Source of the DNA: Myxococcota bacterium
GTDB taxonomy: Bacteria > Myxococcota_A > UBA796 > CAJQPC01
Direction: 5' to 3'
DNA length: 64,000 nucleotides
Assembly: GCA_036229005.1 (NCBI GenBank)
Contig: JAZAMN010000024.1
Span: 1-64,000, forward strand
The notes below the pieces were generated by a model that was not told the DNA's origin, ran no database searches, and was given only the letters and a program-made list of their open reading frames with translations. Below, in pieces: positions 8,544-18,337 of the stretch; within the stretch, counting starts at the first letter, position 1, and the number at the start of each line of letters is the position of its first letter. The translations under genes were made by a program, and so were the position numbers.

Positions 8544-10310
8544 TCAGTCGCGGCGACGCAGGAGCAGCAGGCCCACACCCAGGGCCAGGCTCAGGGCACC
8601 CAGGGGGACGCCGCGCTCGCTGCCGGTCACGCCGCAGGAGAGGAGGGATGTGGAGCCCTCGGGGCGGTCGCTCCCACCGCTGTCCTCGGCTCCGGTGTCT
8701 GCAGGGCTGCCGCTGTCGTCCGTATCCGAGGTCACCCCGGTGTCGTCCGTGCTCGCAGGCTCGCCCGTGTCGCCGGTGTCGCCGGTGTCCACGGGCTCCG
8801 GATCCGCCAGGACCTCGACCAGCCAGCCCAGGGTGTCGGCGTCCATGTAGCGGGCACCGACGGCGCGCTGCCAGCCGTCCTCCTGGGGATCCGCGTTGCC
8901 CTCGTCGATCATGAGCTGACCGGTGACGGGGCTCGCGTAGAGCAGGTCCAGGTGGCTGAGGTTGACCACCTTCTCCTCGACCACCTTGGCGCCGCGCGCG
9001 GTCAGCGCAGGGTCGTAGGTCGCGGAGTCCAGGAACACCACGCCGTCGCTGGGGCCGGTGAGCTCGCCCAGGATCAGCTTGCCGCCCATGAGCCCCTGCA
9101 CCTCGTCCTCGTTGAGGCCGAAGGGCTCCAGGGTGTCCCCGATCGCAGATGCGTAGAGGTCTGCCCAGGCGTCCGTCCCCCAGGTGGCCCAGTCGACCCA
9201 GGTCTCCCCGAAGATGGCCGTCCAGATGTACTCGGCGCCGTTGGCCATCAAGGGGTTCTCGCCAGCCAGCAGGAAGGCCTCGATGTCCGGGTCGATGCCG
9301 GTCTGCTCCAGGCGGGCGATCAGGTCGCCGCCGGCCTCGATGGCGTCGTCGATGCCGGTGCTGTAGCTGTAGTAGCCGAAGCCACCGTAGTAGGTGGTCC
9401 ACCAGTCCTGCTGGAGGGAGTAGGCCCCCAGCCAGGGCAGCTCACCGGGCAGGGGGTGGTCCTGCACGGCCAAGAGCTGGCGCTGCCCAGGGAAGAGGTC
9501 CTGGCCGTCCGGCAGCATGTCCTGGTCCGAGAGGTCGGTCACCCAGGCCGGGGCCCCGGTCGTGTAGGGGTAGTAGCTGGACCAGCTCGCCGGGCTGATG
9601 GCGGTCTCGGAGGAGAGCGCGGCGTAGTTGTTGCCGCTCCAGCGGTACAGGGTGTCGACGCCCTTGAGGGGGGTGCCGATCAGCACCAGTCGGCGGATGT
9701 CTCCGCGGTACTCGGTGCCCTGGGACTCGTAGGCGATGCCGCCCCAGTCCGCGCCGCTGTGGTGGCTGGCGTAGAGGGTGGCCGCGATGCCGCCCTTGGA
9801 GTGGGCCACGACGTCCACCTGGCTGGCGCCGGTGCGCTGCTTGATGCGGGCGATGGCGTCGGCCACGACCTCGGCCTGCATGAACATGTCGCCGTGGGTG
9901 TGGGCGAAGGTCAGCACGTAGGCGGGGCGCCCCTGCTGGTCCATCTTGGTGGCCATGGTGATGAAGCCGCGGCTGCCGTTGTCGCCGGCGCCGGGGACAA
10001 AGAGCACGGGGGTGCCGCTGGCGCTGGCCTCGCCGGGGGCCAGGTGCAGCAGGAAGCTGCCGGAGTCGGGCGTGCCTCCGCCGAAGCAGGTGTTGATCCA
10101 GGGGGACCAGCTCGCGTCCTGCCACGCGGTCATGCTGTTGAAGGCCTCCTGCTTGAGCAGGCTGCCGCTGTCGTGGTGGCGCTCGATGGCCGACCAGAGC
10201 TGGACGTCCCCCTCCTGGGTGTAGGTCTCCTGACCCGTGAAGACCTGCTCCGGGCTGGTCGGATCGAAAGCGCTCGTTGCGTGGGCCAGACCGATCAGGG
10301 AGAGAATCAC
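8544..10310 (-). CDS. Exported lipase/esterase-family alpha/beta hydrolase with D/T/G linker and MYXO-CTERM-like anchor
   Basis: Signal MILSLIGLAHA; PVLFVPG oxyanion segment, VAHSKGG lipase box, GTPLKG, SDGVV, SHLDL; C-terminal Cys + TM + RRRD. Confidence 0.8.
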   Translation of the reverse strand: MILSLIGLAHATSAFDPTSPEQVFTGQETYTQEGDVQLWSAIERHHDSGSLLKQEAFNSMTAWQDASWSPWINTCFGGGTPDSGSFLLHLAPGEASASGTPVLFVPGAGDNGSRGFITMATKMDQQGRPAYVLTFAHTHGDMFMQAEVVADAIARIKQRTGASQVDVVAHSKGGIAATLYASHHSGADWGGIAYESQGTEYRGDIRRLVLIGTPLKGVDTLYRWSGNNYAALSSETAISPASWSSYYPYTTGAPAWVTDLSDQDMLPDGQDLFPGQRQLLAVQDHPLPGELPWLGAYSLQQDWWTTYYGGFGYYSYSTGIDDAIEAGGDLIARLEQTGIDPDIEAFLLAGENPLMANGAEYIWTAIFGETWVDWATWGTDAWADLYASAIGDTLEPFGLNEDEVQGLMGGKLILGELTGPSDGVVFLDSATYDPALTARGAKVVEEKVVNLSHLDLLYASPVTGQLMIDEGNADPQEDGWQRAVGARYMDADTLGWLVEVLADPEPVDTGDTGDTGEPASTDDTGVTSDTDDSGSPADTGAEDSGGSDRPEGSTSLLSCGVTGSERGVPLGALSLALGVGLLLLRRRD

Positions 10311-11239
10311 TGCTGCTCCAGGAAGCTGCGCACAGCGCTGTTGAAGGTCTCAGGGGCGTCGTGGTGGACCGTGTGGCCGGCCCCCCGGACCATCAGGAGC
10401 TCTGCGTTGGGCATCGCATCCCGGCCATGCTCCGCGACGGTGCGCGTGCGGCCGCCGTTGAAGATGGGGTTGGGGATCATGCGGTCCAGGGTGCCGAAGA
10501 CGATCAGGGTGGGGGTCTGTATCTCCCCCAGGCGGTCGTGCACGGGGTAGTCCACCATCCCGGCGACGCTTCGGGAGACCGCAACAGCCGTGCCCTCGAA
10601 AGAGGGGTGCTTGCCCATGCGGACGCGCTCTTCGATCAGCCGCTCCACGCCTTCGTCGTAGTGGTTGAACACCATGTGCGTGAAGTTGGTCCGGACGTTC
10701 TCTTCGGGCGTGCCCAGGGCGCGCGTCTCGGTCCAGTACTGCTTCATCCACGCCGCGTGGCCGGGGTTGAAGGTCTCGATGCCCGCGGGGGCGCTCAGCA
10801 CGAGCGCGTCCACTCGGCTGGGGTGATCCAGCGCCATGGTGAGCGCGATCTGGCCTCCCATGGAGTGGCCGACCAGCGTGGCGGAGTCCAGCTCCAGCTC
10901 GTCCATGAAGTCGACCAGGACCTCCGCGAACCAGGGGGGCGTGTAGGGGGCGTCGGGGCGGTCGCTCGCGCCGTAGCCGGGCAGGTCCAGGGCGATGACC
11001 CGGTAGTCCTGGGCGAAGGCCGGGATCTGGTACTCCCAGAAGCCCATGTAGGAGCTCAGGCCGTGCACCAGGATCAGCGGGCGCCCGGAGCCGCCGGAGT
11101 CCACGTAGGCCACGCGGGTGTCAGCAGCCTCGACGTACTGGACCGGGAGCGGCGTCCAGAGCTCTGCAGGGTCCAGCGGGGGGGCCGTGGTGTAGCGGGG
11201 GGCGCAGCCCAGGATGCCCATCATCAGTGCGGAGATCAT
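10307..11239 (-). CDS. Alpha/beta hydrolase lipoprotein
   Basis: Lipobox ILGC; VHGL, DLPGYG.S, GHSMGG, GTLD, AGH. Confidence 0.9.
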   Translation of the reverse strand: MISALMMGILGCAPRYTTAPPLDPAELWTPLPVQYVEAADTRVAYVDSGGSGRPLILVHGLSSYMGFWEYQIPAFAQDYRVIALDLPGYGASDRPDAPYTPPWFAEVLVDFMDELELDSATLVGHSMGGQIALTMALDHPSRVDALVLSAPAGIETFNPGHAAWMKQYWTETRALGTPEENVRTNFTHMVFNHYDEGVERLIEERVRMGKHPSFEGTAVAVSRSVAGMVDYPVHDRLGEIQTPTLIVFGTLDRMIPNPIFNGGRTRTVAEHGRDAMPNAELLMVRGAGHTVHHDAPETFNSAVRSFLEQQ

Positions 11240-12774
11240 CAGAACACCAACCAGTCGCCGTGGACGTAGACCATGTAGGGGTCGCGCTCGCCTTCGATGA
11301 AGGCCGTGGCGGCGGTGACGCCTACGTTGAAGAAGAGGAAGGGCTCGCCGATCACGCGCACGTTGACTTCGGTCGCGCTGGAGCCCTCGCGGACGGCGCG
11401 GCCACCGCCGACCTGCACGGTGAGCCGATCCGGGATGGGGTCGTAGCCCACCGAGCCGGTCACCGCGCGCATCCCCTGACCCTGCCCGGAGATGTCGAAG
11501 TTCACCGGGGTCATCCGGTTGATGGAGAACAGGTCCTGGAAGAGCAGGACGCAGCCGTGGGTGGTGTAGACCGAGCCCACGATGCCGTAGCTGTTGCCCG
11601 TGATGATGCCGGTGTAGCGGCTCTCATCGGCGTCATCGGCCGAGACCCAGAGGCCCTCGAGCCGTACGACGCTGCCCTGGCCGCGGGTGTAGCGGAAGCG
11701 GGCTTCGACATCGAAGAGCTGCCCGGAGATGCCCACATCGGGCTTGCCCGTGACGTACATGCGCCCCAGGTTCCAGGCAGCCAGCCCGCGAACGCCGAAG
11801 GGGCCCTGGTGGAGGCCGACGTTGTAGCCCGCGTCCGCGACGAGCCAGGTGATGTCCGCGTTGACGTCCGGAGCGGTGTCCTCGCCGTCATCCCGCAGGT
11901 CCAGCCGCGCGGCCCCTTGGAGCTCCGCCAGCGCGGAGGTGGGCCCGACGCCGAAAGCGCCACCGTTCCCTGCGCTCCTGTCCCGAAGGTGCCAGGCGTG
12001 GAAGCCCACGGTCGTGGCCCAGATTGGGTGCCACTGCAGGTCGGCCATCAACAGGCCGACGTCGTCCTGAACGGCGGCCCCGTTCTCGGTCAGGGTGAAG
12101 GCCCCCGCGCGCCAGCGGACCACCGGGGCGTAGTCGTTGTTGTGGGTGCCGTGCAGGGTGATGCCCGCGGCCTCGGAGCCGAAGAACATCAGCCCACCGC
12201 CGCTGCGGAAGAGGGCGTCTCCGCCGCTGGTGTTGGGGTCGTAGACCCCGTCGTTCATGAACTGCTGGCCCAGGGTGATCTGCAGCCAGTCGCTGGGCTT
12301 GACCACGACGTTCAGGCGCCGGGTCTGGAGGTTGACCTGGTCGGCGCCGAAGCCACCGCCGGTGTTGCCTCCGGTGCCGTAGGAGAGGTCGCCGAAGGAG
12401 AAGTCGACCTCCCAGCCGGCGTTCAGCTTGACCTTGCCGTCCAGGATGGGCGGCGCGTAGCCAAAGAAGCCGTTGGTGCGGAACTCGGTGTACATGGCCG
12501 GGGGGCCCTCACCGAGCACCACGGTGCTGTTGCTGCCCCCGAGCTGCCCGACGAGCTGCCCGTTGTAGAAGGGGTTGTCCGTGGCGATGTCCGTCATGGT
12601 GGCGCGGGTCTGCACCAACCCCAGGAAGGAGAAGCCGTTGTCGGGTTCCGGCTCGGTGGGCTCGACCACCTCCATGGCGCGGGACTCCAGCGGAGCGCCG
12701 ACCAGAGAGGGGTCCGAGCCCTCCTGCGCGGAGGCGGCCGCAGCCGCCAGCAGAAGGGGCAGCATGGGACTCAC
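11239..12774 (-). CDS. Outer-membrane beta-barrel protein (porin-like)
   Basis: Signal peptide; alternating aromatic/hydrophobic strands; C-terminal VYVHGDWLVF ending in Phe. Confidence 0.7.
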   Translation of the reverse strand: MSPMLPLLLAAAAASAQEGSDPSLVGAPLESRAMEVVEPTEPEPDNGFSFLGLVQTRATMTDIATDNPFYNGQLVGQLGGSNSTVVLGEGPPAMYTEFRTNGFFGYAPPILDGKVKLNAGWEVDFSFGDLSYGTGGNTGGGFGADQVNLQTRRLNVVVKPSDWLQITLGQQFMNDGVYDPNTSGGDALFRSGGGLMFFGSEAAGITLHGTHNNDYAPVVRWRAGAFTLTENGAAVQDDVGLLMADLQWHPIWATTVGFHAWHLRDRSAGNGGAFGVGPTSALAELQGAARLDLRDDGEDTAPDVNADITWLVADAGYNVGLHQGPFGVRGLAAWNLGRMYVTGKPDVGISGQLFDVEARFRYTRGQGSVVRLEGLWVSADDADESRYTGIITGNSYGIVGSVYTTHGCVLLFQDLFSINRMTPVNFDISGQGQGMRAVTGSVGYDPIPDRLTVQVGGGRAVREGSSATEVNVRVIGEPFLFFNVGVTAATAFIEGERDPYMVYVHGDWLVF

Positions 12775-13289
12775 TGGCGCTGGAAGACCTGCAGGTTCTG
12801 ACCTGCAGACAGACCGGGGCCCGAGGTGCTGCCGAAGCCGCTCTCGGGGGTCGGCGCGGTGAAGCCGTAGTCCGGGACGGTCTGCACGACCTCGTACTGC
12901 ATGGTGGTGCCGTCGATGGCGTAGATGCCCTCGGCGGTGGCCTCGCTGGGCTGGGTCTGGCTCAGCACGATGCTGTGGGGATCGGTGCTGGTGTCCGCCG
13001 TGTAGGTGCCGGAGAAGGTGGTGGTGGCGCCGTCACCGTCGGTGCTCACGACCGTGTAGGTGCCGTCGTCGTTGAAGGTGGCGTCCACCTTGACGTAGCC
13101 GTAGAGGCCCAGGACCTCGGAGACGTCCTCGCCCTCGGAGAGCCAGTCGCCGGTGATGACCGGGGTCTCTTCGCCGGTGTCGTCGGTGCCCGTGTCGTCC
13201 TGGGTCTGGGTGTCGTCGGTGTTGGTGTCATCCACGTCGTCGGGGACGCAGCCGATGGTCAGGGCCAGGGAGAAGAGGAGGGTGCTCAT
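12771..13289 (-). CDS. Acidic lipoprotein, small beta-rich (lipocalin-like) domain
   Basis: Lipobox TIGC; D/T-rich linker; ITGDWLS and F..DGTY motifs. Confidence 0.75.
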   Translation of the reverse strand: MSTLLFSLALTIGCVPDDVDDTNTDDTQTQDDTGTDDTGEETPVITGDWLSEGEDVSEVLGLYGYVKVDATFNDDGTYTVVSTDGDGATTTFSGTYTADTSTDPHSIVLSQTQPSEATAEGIYAIDGTTMQYEVVQTVPDYGFTAPTPESGFGSTSGPGLSAGQNLQVFQRQ

Positions 13290-13304
13290 TGGGGGCTCCA
13301 GGGA

Positions 13305-14792
13305 TCAGGTGGGGGTTTGGGTCTCGCCGAGCAGGGCCAGCGCCTGCTTGTCGATCTTTCCGCTCGCGGTGCGCGGCAGGGCGGCCTGCACCACGTAGGA
13401 CTTGGGGAGCTTGTAGCGGGCCAGCTTTCCATCCAGGAAGGCCCGCAGCTCGGTCGCTGCCAGGCTGGCGCCGGGGCGGGGCTCGATGAAGGCCCGGCCG
13501 ACCTCGCCCCAGCGGGCGTCCGGTACGCCGATCACCGCCGCGGAGGCGACCTTCTCGCACTGGAGCAGGACGGCCTCGATCTCGGCGGGGTACACGTTCT
13601 CGGCGCCGGAGATGAACATCTCCTTGGAGCGGCCGCGCACGTAGTAGAAGTGCTCTTCGTCCCGGCTCAGGATGTCCCCGGTGCGGAACCAGGGCCCGCC
13701 GGGTCCGTCCACCATGGCCTTGGCGGTGGCCTCCGGGTTGTCCAGGTAGCCGCCGAACACTGCCGGACCGGCCAGCAGCAGCTCGCCATCCTGTCCGGCG
13801 GGGACGTCGTTCCCGTCCGGGTCCACCAGGCGCATGGCGATGTGGTGGATGGGCTGGCCCACGGAGCCCAGCTTGTCCTGGACCCGAGCGGGGGGCAGGG
13901 AGAAGCAGTTGGGGCCGACCTCGGTCATGCCAAAGCCCTGGCGCAGGGGGATCTTGCGGTCCAGGTAGGTCTTGAGCAGAGCCGCGCCGGTGGGGGCCCC
14001 GCCGCAGAGCGCGTCCCGCACGGTGCTGCAGTCGGTGCTCGGAAAGTCCGGGTGGTCCGCCAGCATCTGGAAGATGGTGGGCACGCCCATGAGCAGGGTG
14101 ATGCCCTCCGACTGGATCAGGCCCAGAGCCTGAGCGGGGTCAACCTTCTGGGTGAGCACCACGCGGCCGCCGCGGTGCAGCAGGGGGGTGCTCAGGGAGT
14201 TCAGGCCGCCCGTGTGGAACAGCGGCGTGAAGGTCAGGGTGCTGTCCTGGGGGTTGAGGTCACAGGCCAGCAGGGTGTTGGTCGCGTTCCACTGGAGCTG
14301 CCGGTGGGTGAGCAGCGCGCCCTTGGGCCGGCCCGTGGTGCCCGAGGTGTACATGAGCACCCAGGGGTCGGAGAGGCGGCTCCCTGGCGCATCGCACACC
14401 AAGCGCTCACCGGGGCCTGCGGCCAGATCCAGGGTGTCGCAGGACAGCTTGGCCGCGAACTCGGGCTCGGCGAGGACAACCGTTGCCCGGCTGTGCTCGA
14501 TCTGCCAATCCCACTCCCCCGGCGCTAGCCGCCAGTTCATGGGAGCGAACACGGCGCCCAGCTCAGCGCAGGCAAAGAGCAGCGCGAAGTGCTCCCCCCG
14601 GTTGTGCGAGAGCAGGCTCACGACGTCTCCGGCGACCACACCCTGCTCCTGCAGACGCCCCGCCCAGAGCAGGCTGTCCCGGTAGAGCTCCGCGTAGGTC
14701 CAGCGCCGGTCGTGGTCCACGTCAAAGACCGCCTCCGCGTCGGGGCGGAAGCGGGCGTGCATCTGCAGCCAGTTGCTGGTGGAGTGCATCAT
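13305..14792 (-). CDS. Acyl-CoA synthetase (AMP-forming, FadD/MenE-like)
   Basis: YTSGTTGRPKG, GFGMTE, WFRTGD, GRSKEMFISGAENVYP, LPRTASGK. Confidence 0.93.
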   Translation of the reverse strand: MMHSTSNWLQMHARFRPDAEAVFDVDHDRRWTYAELYRDSLLWAGRLQEQGVVAGDVVSLLSHNRGEHFALLFACAELGAVFAPMNWRLAPGEWDWQIEHSRATVVLAEPEFAAKLSCDTLDLAAGPGERLVCDAPGSRLSDPWVLMYTSGTTGRPKGALLTHRQLQWNATNTLLACDLNPQDSTLTFTPLFHTGGLNSLSTPLLHRGGRVVLTQKVDPAQALGLIQSEGITLLMGVPTIFQMLADHPDFPSTDCSTVRDALCGGAPTGAALLKTYLDRKIPLRQGFGMTEVGPNCFSLPPARVQDKLGSVGQPIHHIAMRLVDPDGNDVPAGQDGELLLAGPAVFGGYLDNPEATAKAMVDGPGGPWFRTGDILSRDEEHFYYVRGRSKEMFISGAENVYPAEIEAVLLQCEKVASAAVIGVPDARWGEVGRAFIEPRPGASLAATELRAFLDGKLARYKLPKSYVVQAALPRTASGKIDKQALALLGETQTPT

Positions 14793-16183
14793 TTCGCTGC
14801 CAGCTCCTCTGTGTCGGCGCCGTGGGTCTGGTCCACGCCCACGCGCCCGAGCAGCAAGGCCAGGGGCACGGAGACGGCCATCGCCAGGACCGCGCTGACG
14901 CCAGGGTTCTGAATCACGGTCTGTCCCAGACCGAAGTGTAGCGCCAGGGCCACGACCGCGGAGACCACCGCGACCTTGGCGTTGAGGCGACCAGGAAGGA
15001 AGAAGCCCGCGAGCAGCGGCCCGGAGGACGCCGCCACCAGGCCGTACACACCCTGCTGTCCCAGGATGAGCACCAACTGCGGGGGGGAGAGCGCCATCCA
15101 GATGGTCAGGCCGGCCAGCGCCGCGAGCACCAGGCGGTTCATCGCGACGGAGGCGCGCTCGGGGATGAGGTCCCCGCTGACGGAGGCAGAGATGGCCACC
15201 AGGAGCCCGTCCAGAGTGGACATGGACGCCGCCAGGATGGCCACGGTGACCAGGGCGCTCAGGGGCTCCCAGGTGAAGGCCTGCTGCAGGTAGGCGGCCA
15301 TGAACTTGTCGGTGGGGACGCCGGCCTCGATGGAGACCCGGCCCCAGACACCGGCCAACAGCACCGACGAGAACACCAGGTAGCAGGCCAGCGCCACCCA
15401 GACGGTCTTGCGCGCGTTGGCGGCGCCGTCCACGTACAAGGACTTGGCCAGCAGGTGGGGCTGGGTGGTCAGCGCGACGCCCATGAAGAAGGGCACCACC
15501 CAGACCTCCCAGGGGGTGGAGAAGAGCTTGGAGTCCGGCACGGTCAGGCCGCTTTCCAGCAGCGAGCTCACCGCTTGCGGCGCGAGCTCCACCCCCGACA
15601 GAGCGATGGCCACGGAGACCACCAGCATCACCAGGCCCTGGGCCGTGTTGGTGTAGGCGTGGGCCGTGGCCCCGCCGAAGCCGGTGTACCCGAACACAAA
15701 GAGCACGATCCCGATGACCGACCAGCGGTAGGGCACCCCCAGGGCCGCCTCCATCACGTAGCCGCAGCCCACGGTGATCAGCACCAGGTAGGCCACATTC
15801 AGGATGTTCAGGGCGCCGAAGAGCCGCCGCAGCCCGAAGCTCTCGTAGCGGGAGCCCAGCCAGTGGGGGACGGTCAGGGCCTTGAACTGCGCGCCCAGGC
15901 TCTGGAAGCGCTTGGAGAAGACCAGCAGGCCCAGGGCGATGCCCGCGATGAAGGGGGGGCCGAAGCCCATCAGGGCGGCCAGACCCTCGTTGTAGACGAA
16001 GCCCGGCATGATGACGAAGGTCGCCGAGCTGGCCAGCGAGGCCCCCAGCGTGATGCCCGCCACCCAGGGGCTCATCTTCCCGTCGCCGATAGCGAAGCCC
16101 TCAGACGAGCCGCTGTTGCGGCCGCCCCGCCAGGCGAGGAAGGCCGTCAGCACGGCATAGACCAGGAAGAAGGCCCAGGCCAT
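14789..16183 (-). CDS. Sodium:solute symporter family protein
   Basis: Many TM helices; S..TF...PG..Y..G, L..RY.S, YT.FGG, ILAASMSTLD motifs. Confidence 0.9.
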   Translation of the reverse strand: MAWAFFLVYAVLTAFLAWRGGRNSGSSEGFAIGDGKMSPWVAGITLGASLASSATFVIMPGFVYNEGLAALMGFGPPFIAGIALGLLVFSKRFQSLGAQFKALTVPHWLGSRYESFGLRRLFGALNILNVAYLVLITVGCGYVMEAALGVPYRWSVIGIVLFVFGYTGFGGATAHAYTNTAQGLVMLVVSVAIALSGVELAPQAVSSLLESGLTVPDSKLFSTPWEVWVVPFFMGVALTTQPHLLAKSLYVDGAANARKTVWVALACYLVFSSVLLAGVWGRVSIEAGVPTDKFMAAYLQQAFTWEPLSALVTVAILAASMSTLDGLLVAISASVSGDLIPERASVAMNRLVLAALAGLTIWMALSPPQLVLILGQQGVYGLVAASSGPLLAGFFLPGRLNAKVAVVSAVVALALHFGLGQTVIQNPGVSAVLAMAVSVPLALLLGRVGVDQTHGADTEELAAK

Positions 16184-17289
16184 CAGGCGACCTCTCGCAT
16201 CCAGGTGTCCAGCATCGGGTAGAAGTGCCGCGGGCCGAAGGCGCCGACGATCACGCCGATGTGGCCGGCGTCCAGGCGCTCCACCCGGGCGTGGGGGACC
16301 AGGTCAGCGAGCGCCTCCGCGGACTCTGCGGGGGCGATGAAGTCCCGCTCCGCGCTACAGACCAGCACCGGACAGGTGATGTCCTGGAGCCGGATCTCCC
16401 GCTGGCCGATGAACCAGCCGCCGTTGAAGAGCAGGTCCTGCTGGTAGGCCTTGGAGATGAACTCCTGGGCGAAGGCGCCGGGCAGGGGCAGGTTCTCCTC
16501 CAGCCAGCGCTCGCGGGCCAGGGTGCGCCGCAGGCGCTTGGGGTCGCGGGAGGCCTTCTCGATGTTGAAGAACTTGGTGATCGCGCCCACCGGATCCAGA
16601 AGCTGGAACGCCGGCTTCATCATGGAGACGGGCAGCAGGCCGTCCTTTGCGATGGCCTTGTCGACGTCCACGTGCGCCACGAAGTCCCGGAAGCGCCCGG
16701 CCTTCTCAAAGTGGAAGGGCGCGTTCAGGAGGCTGAGGCCTGCCACCCGGTCCGGGTGGAGCGCGGTGTACATGGCCGCCAGGGTGCCGCCCATGCAGTA
16801 GCCAAAGAGCAGCGCCTGGCTGTGGCCGGCGTGTCGGCAGGCCCGATCGATGCTGCGATGCAGCAAGCTCTCCAGCACGTAGCCCACGTCCTCTTGGGCG
16901 TCCTCCGGGCCCGGGGTGCCCCAGTCCACCAGGTAGACCGGGTGGCCCTTCTCGGAGAGCCCCCGAACCAGCGAGCGCTCCGGCTCCAGGTCGAGGATGG
17001 TGGCCCGGTTGATGAGACTGGGCACCAACACCACCGGGGGTCGGGGGCGCATATCAACCGGCTCAGACCCCTCCGCAGGCGAGGACACGCTGGCCGGATA
17101 GTGCTTGAGCTGCAGCTTGTCGTGGACGTGGACCACCTGGTAGGGGGTCTGGCCCAGGGCCGGCCGCGGGTGGGTGCTGTGGACGTGGATCCCCCGCCGC
17201 AGGCGCTCGATCCGTGAGAGACCGTCGATTCGCATCCAGAGGTCGCCGACGGCCCGGAGCAGGTCCGGTGCATGGGTGGGGGGCTGCAT
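16183..17289 (-). CDS. phaC: Class III poly(3-hydroxyalkanoate) synthase subunit PhaC
   Basis: GQTP, VPSLINR..ILDL.P.RSLV, VDWG.P, GYCMGG (Cys), ERDFIAP (Asp), AGHIG (His); 368 aa. Confidence 0.92.
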   Translation of the reverse strand: MQPPTHAPDLLRAVGDLWMRIDGLSRIERLRRGIHVHSTHPRPALGQTPYQVVHVHDKLQLKHYPASVSSPAEGSEPVDMRPRPPVVLVPSLINRATILDLEPERSLVRGLSEKGHPVYLVDWGTPGPEDAQEDVGYVLESLLHRSIDRACRHAGHSQALLFGYCMGGTLAAMYTALHPDRVAGLSLLNAPFHFEKAGRFRDFVAHVDVDKAIAKDGLLPVSMMKPAFQLLDPVGAITKFFNIEKASRDPKRLRRTLARERWLEENLPLPGAFAQEFISKAYQQDLLFNGGWFIGQREIRLQDITCPVLVCSAERDFIAPAESAEALADLVPHARVERLDAGHIGVIVGAFGPRHFYPMLDTWMREVA

Positions 17290-17293
17290 CGCG

Positions 17294-17827
17294 TCAGTCC
17301 TTGGCGGGGGCCTTGGGCGGGGACTCGGCAGCAGCCTTGGCAGCAGCCTTGGCGGGGGCCTTGCGGGTGCGGCGCGCGGGCGCCTTCTTGGCGGGCGCTG
17401 CGCTCTGGGCCAGGAGCTGGTCCAGCTTGGACTCCATGCCTGCCAGCCGCTCGTTCATCTCCAGGCGGGCCTCCGCGGCCTCCACCCGGGCGGTCAGCGC
17501 CTCCTTCTCCAGCTCCACCAGCTTGTCCTGGAGCTGCAGGATGCGGTCCTCAAGCTGGAGCTGCCGGTCCTCCAGGAGGCTGGCGATGCGCGCGACCCGC
17601 AGCATGTCCTGGCGGGTGGGCAGGTGAAGCTGCTCCAGGTTCTTGTCGACCTGCTTCTCGTAGGCGCTGCGCAGGCGCCCCTGGCTGGCCAGGTTCTGAC
17701 CCATCTGCTTGAGGAAGGCCGGGGACTCCAGGACCTCGTCCCACCAGCGCGTCATGGACTGCTCCCAGACGTCGTACATCTGTCCGGAGAGCTTGTTGAA
17801 GTCGGGGATGTGACCGCTGTTTGCCAT
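17294..17827 (-). CDS. phaE: PhaE-like PHA synthase partner subunit
   Basis: W..WW..VL.SP.F, L.LPTR.D, coiled coil, Lys/Ala-rich tail; directly upstream of phaC. Confidence 0.75.
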   Translation of the reverse strand: MANSGHIPDFNKLSGQMYDVWEQSMTRWWDEVLESPAFLKQMGQNLASQGRLRSAYEKQVDKNLEQLHLPTRQDMLRVARIASLLEDRQLQLEDRILQLQDKLVELEKEALTARVEAAEARLEMNERLAGMESKLDQLLAQSAAPAKKAPARRTRKAPAKAAAKAAAESPPKAPAKD

Positions 17828-17863
17828 GGGCGGGGTTCCTTGTGACGGAGGTGTAGCGACTGG

Positions 17864-17900
17864 TGTTGCGATGTGTCAAGCGAATTGTGATTGCGCAACA
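17864..17900 (-). promoter_or_regulatory. phaE promoter (-35 TTGACA) with putative PhaR box
   Basis: TGTTGCGATGTGTCAAG is similar to TGTTGCAGTGCGTCAAG at 18246-18262. Confidence 0.55.
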
Positions 17901-17906
17901 GGGAAA

Positions 17907-17937
17907 GGGGAGAAGCGAGGATCCCCCGCCTCTCCCC
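17907..17937 (-). terminator. Probable intrinsic terminator of phasin gene
   Basis: Minus strand GGGGAGAGGCG..CGCTTCTCCCC stem followed by TTT. Confidence 0.55.
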
Positions 17938-17958
17938 GGATCTTCAACGGGGTGACGA

Positions 17959-18189
17959 TCAGGCCTCGGCGCTGGGCGCGCCGGGCACCTGGAAGGCGGC
18001 CATCCACGCAGCGGTGGTGGCCTGCAGCAGCTCCTGGTTGAGCTTCATGGCGTCTCGGCCGGCCTTCATGGTGGCGTCCACCTGGCCGCGCAGGAGCTCG
18101 GCCTGCTGGATCTGCCAGTCCAGGATCCGGGTCTGCTCCTGGGTGAAGGACTTCTGGAAGGTCTCGGTCATCTGCTTGAGGTCGGTCAT
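17959..18189 (-). CDS. Small helical phasin-like protein (76 aa)
   Basis: MTDLKQMTETFQKSF..., amphipathic and Q/A-rich; AGGAG SD; lies between phaE and phaR. Confidence 0.6.
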   Translation of the reverse strand: MTDLKQMTETFQKSFTQEQTRILDWQIQQAELLRGQVDATMKAGRDAMKLNQELLQATTAAWMAAFQVPGAPSAEA

Positions 18190-18245
18190 CTTGGCTCCTG
18201 TGGGAGGGGGTTCAGGCCCCTTCTCGCCTCCAGTCTTAGAGGCTA

Positions 18246-18285
18246 TGTTGCAGTGCGTCAAGGAAGGGATCCTGCGTTGCAGCAA
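18246..18285. promoter_or_regulatory. Divergent phasin/phaR promoter with TGC-N3-GCA boxes
   Basis: TGTTGCAGTGCGTCAAG (TTGACG on minus strand) and TGCGTTGCA at 18273-18281. Confidence 0.55.
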
Positions 18286-18337
18286 TCTTTCGCGCCGCAG
18301 CGCCATGGGATAGCTTGCTGCCCAGGAGGTCCTGCGC

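Noticed and set aside
7735..9402. 555-aa ORF suggesting an N-terminally extended SDR
   Set aside because: Extension is an Arg/Gly/Pro-rich alternative frame of the esterase gene; SDR starts at 8490
13305..14792. Calling the ligase menE (menaquinone synthesis)
   Set aside because: No other men genes nearby; context points to acyl/hydroxyacyl-CoA activation
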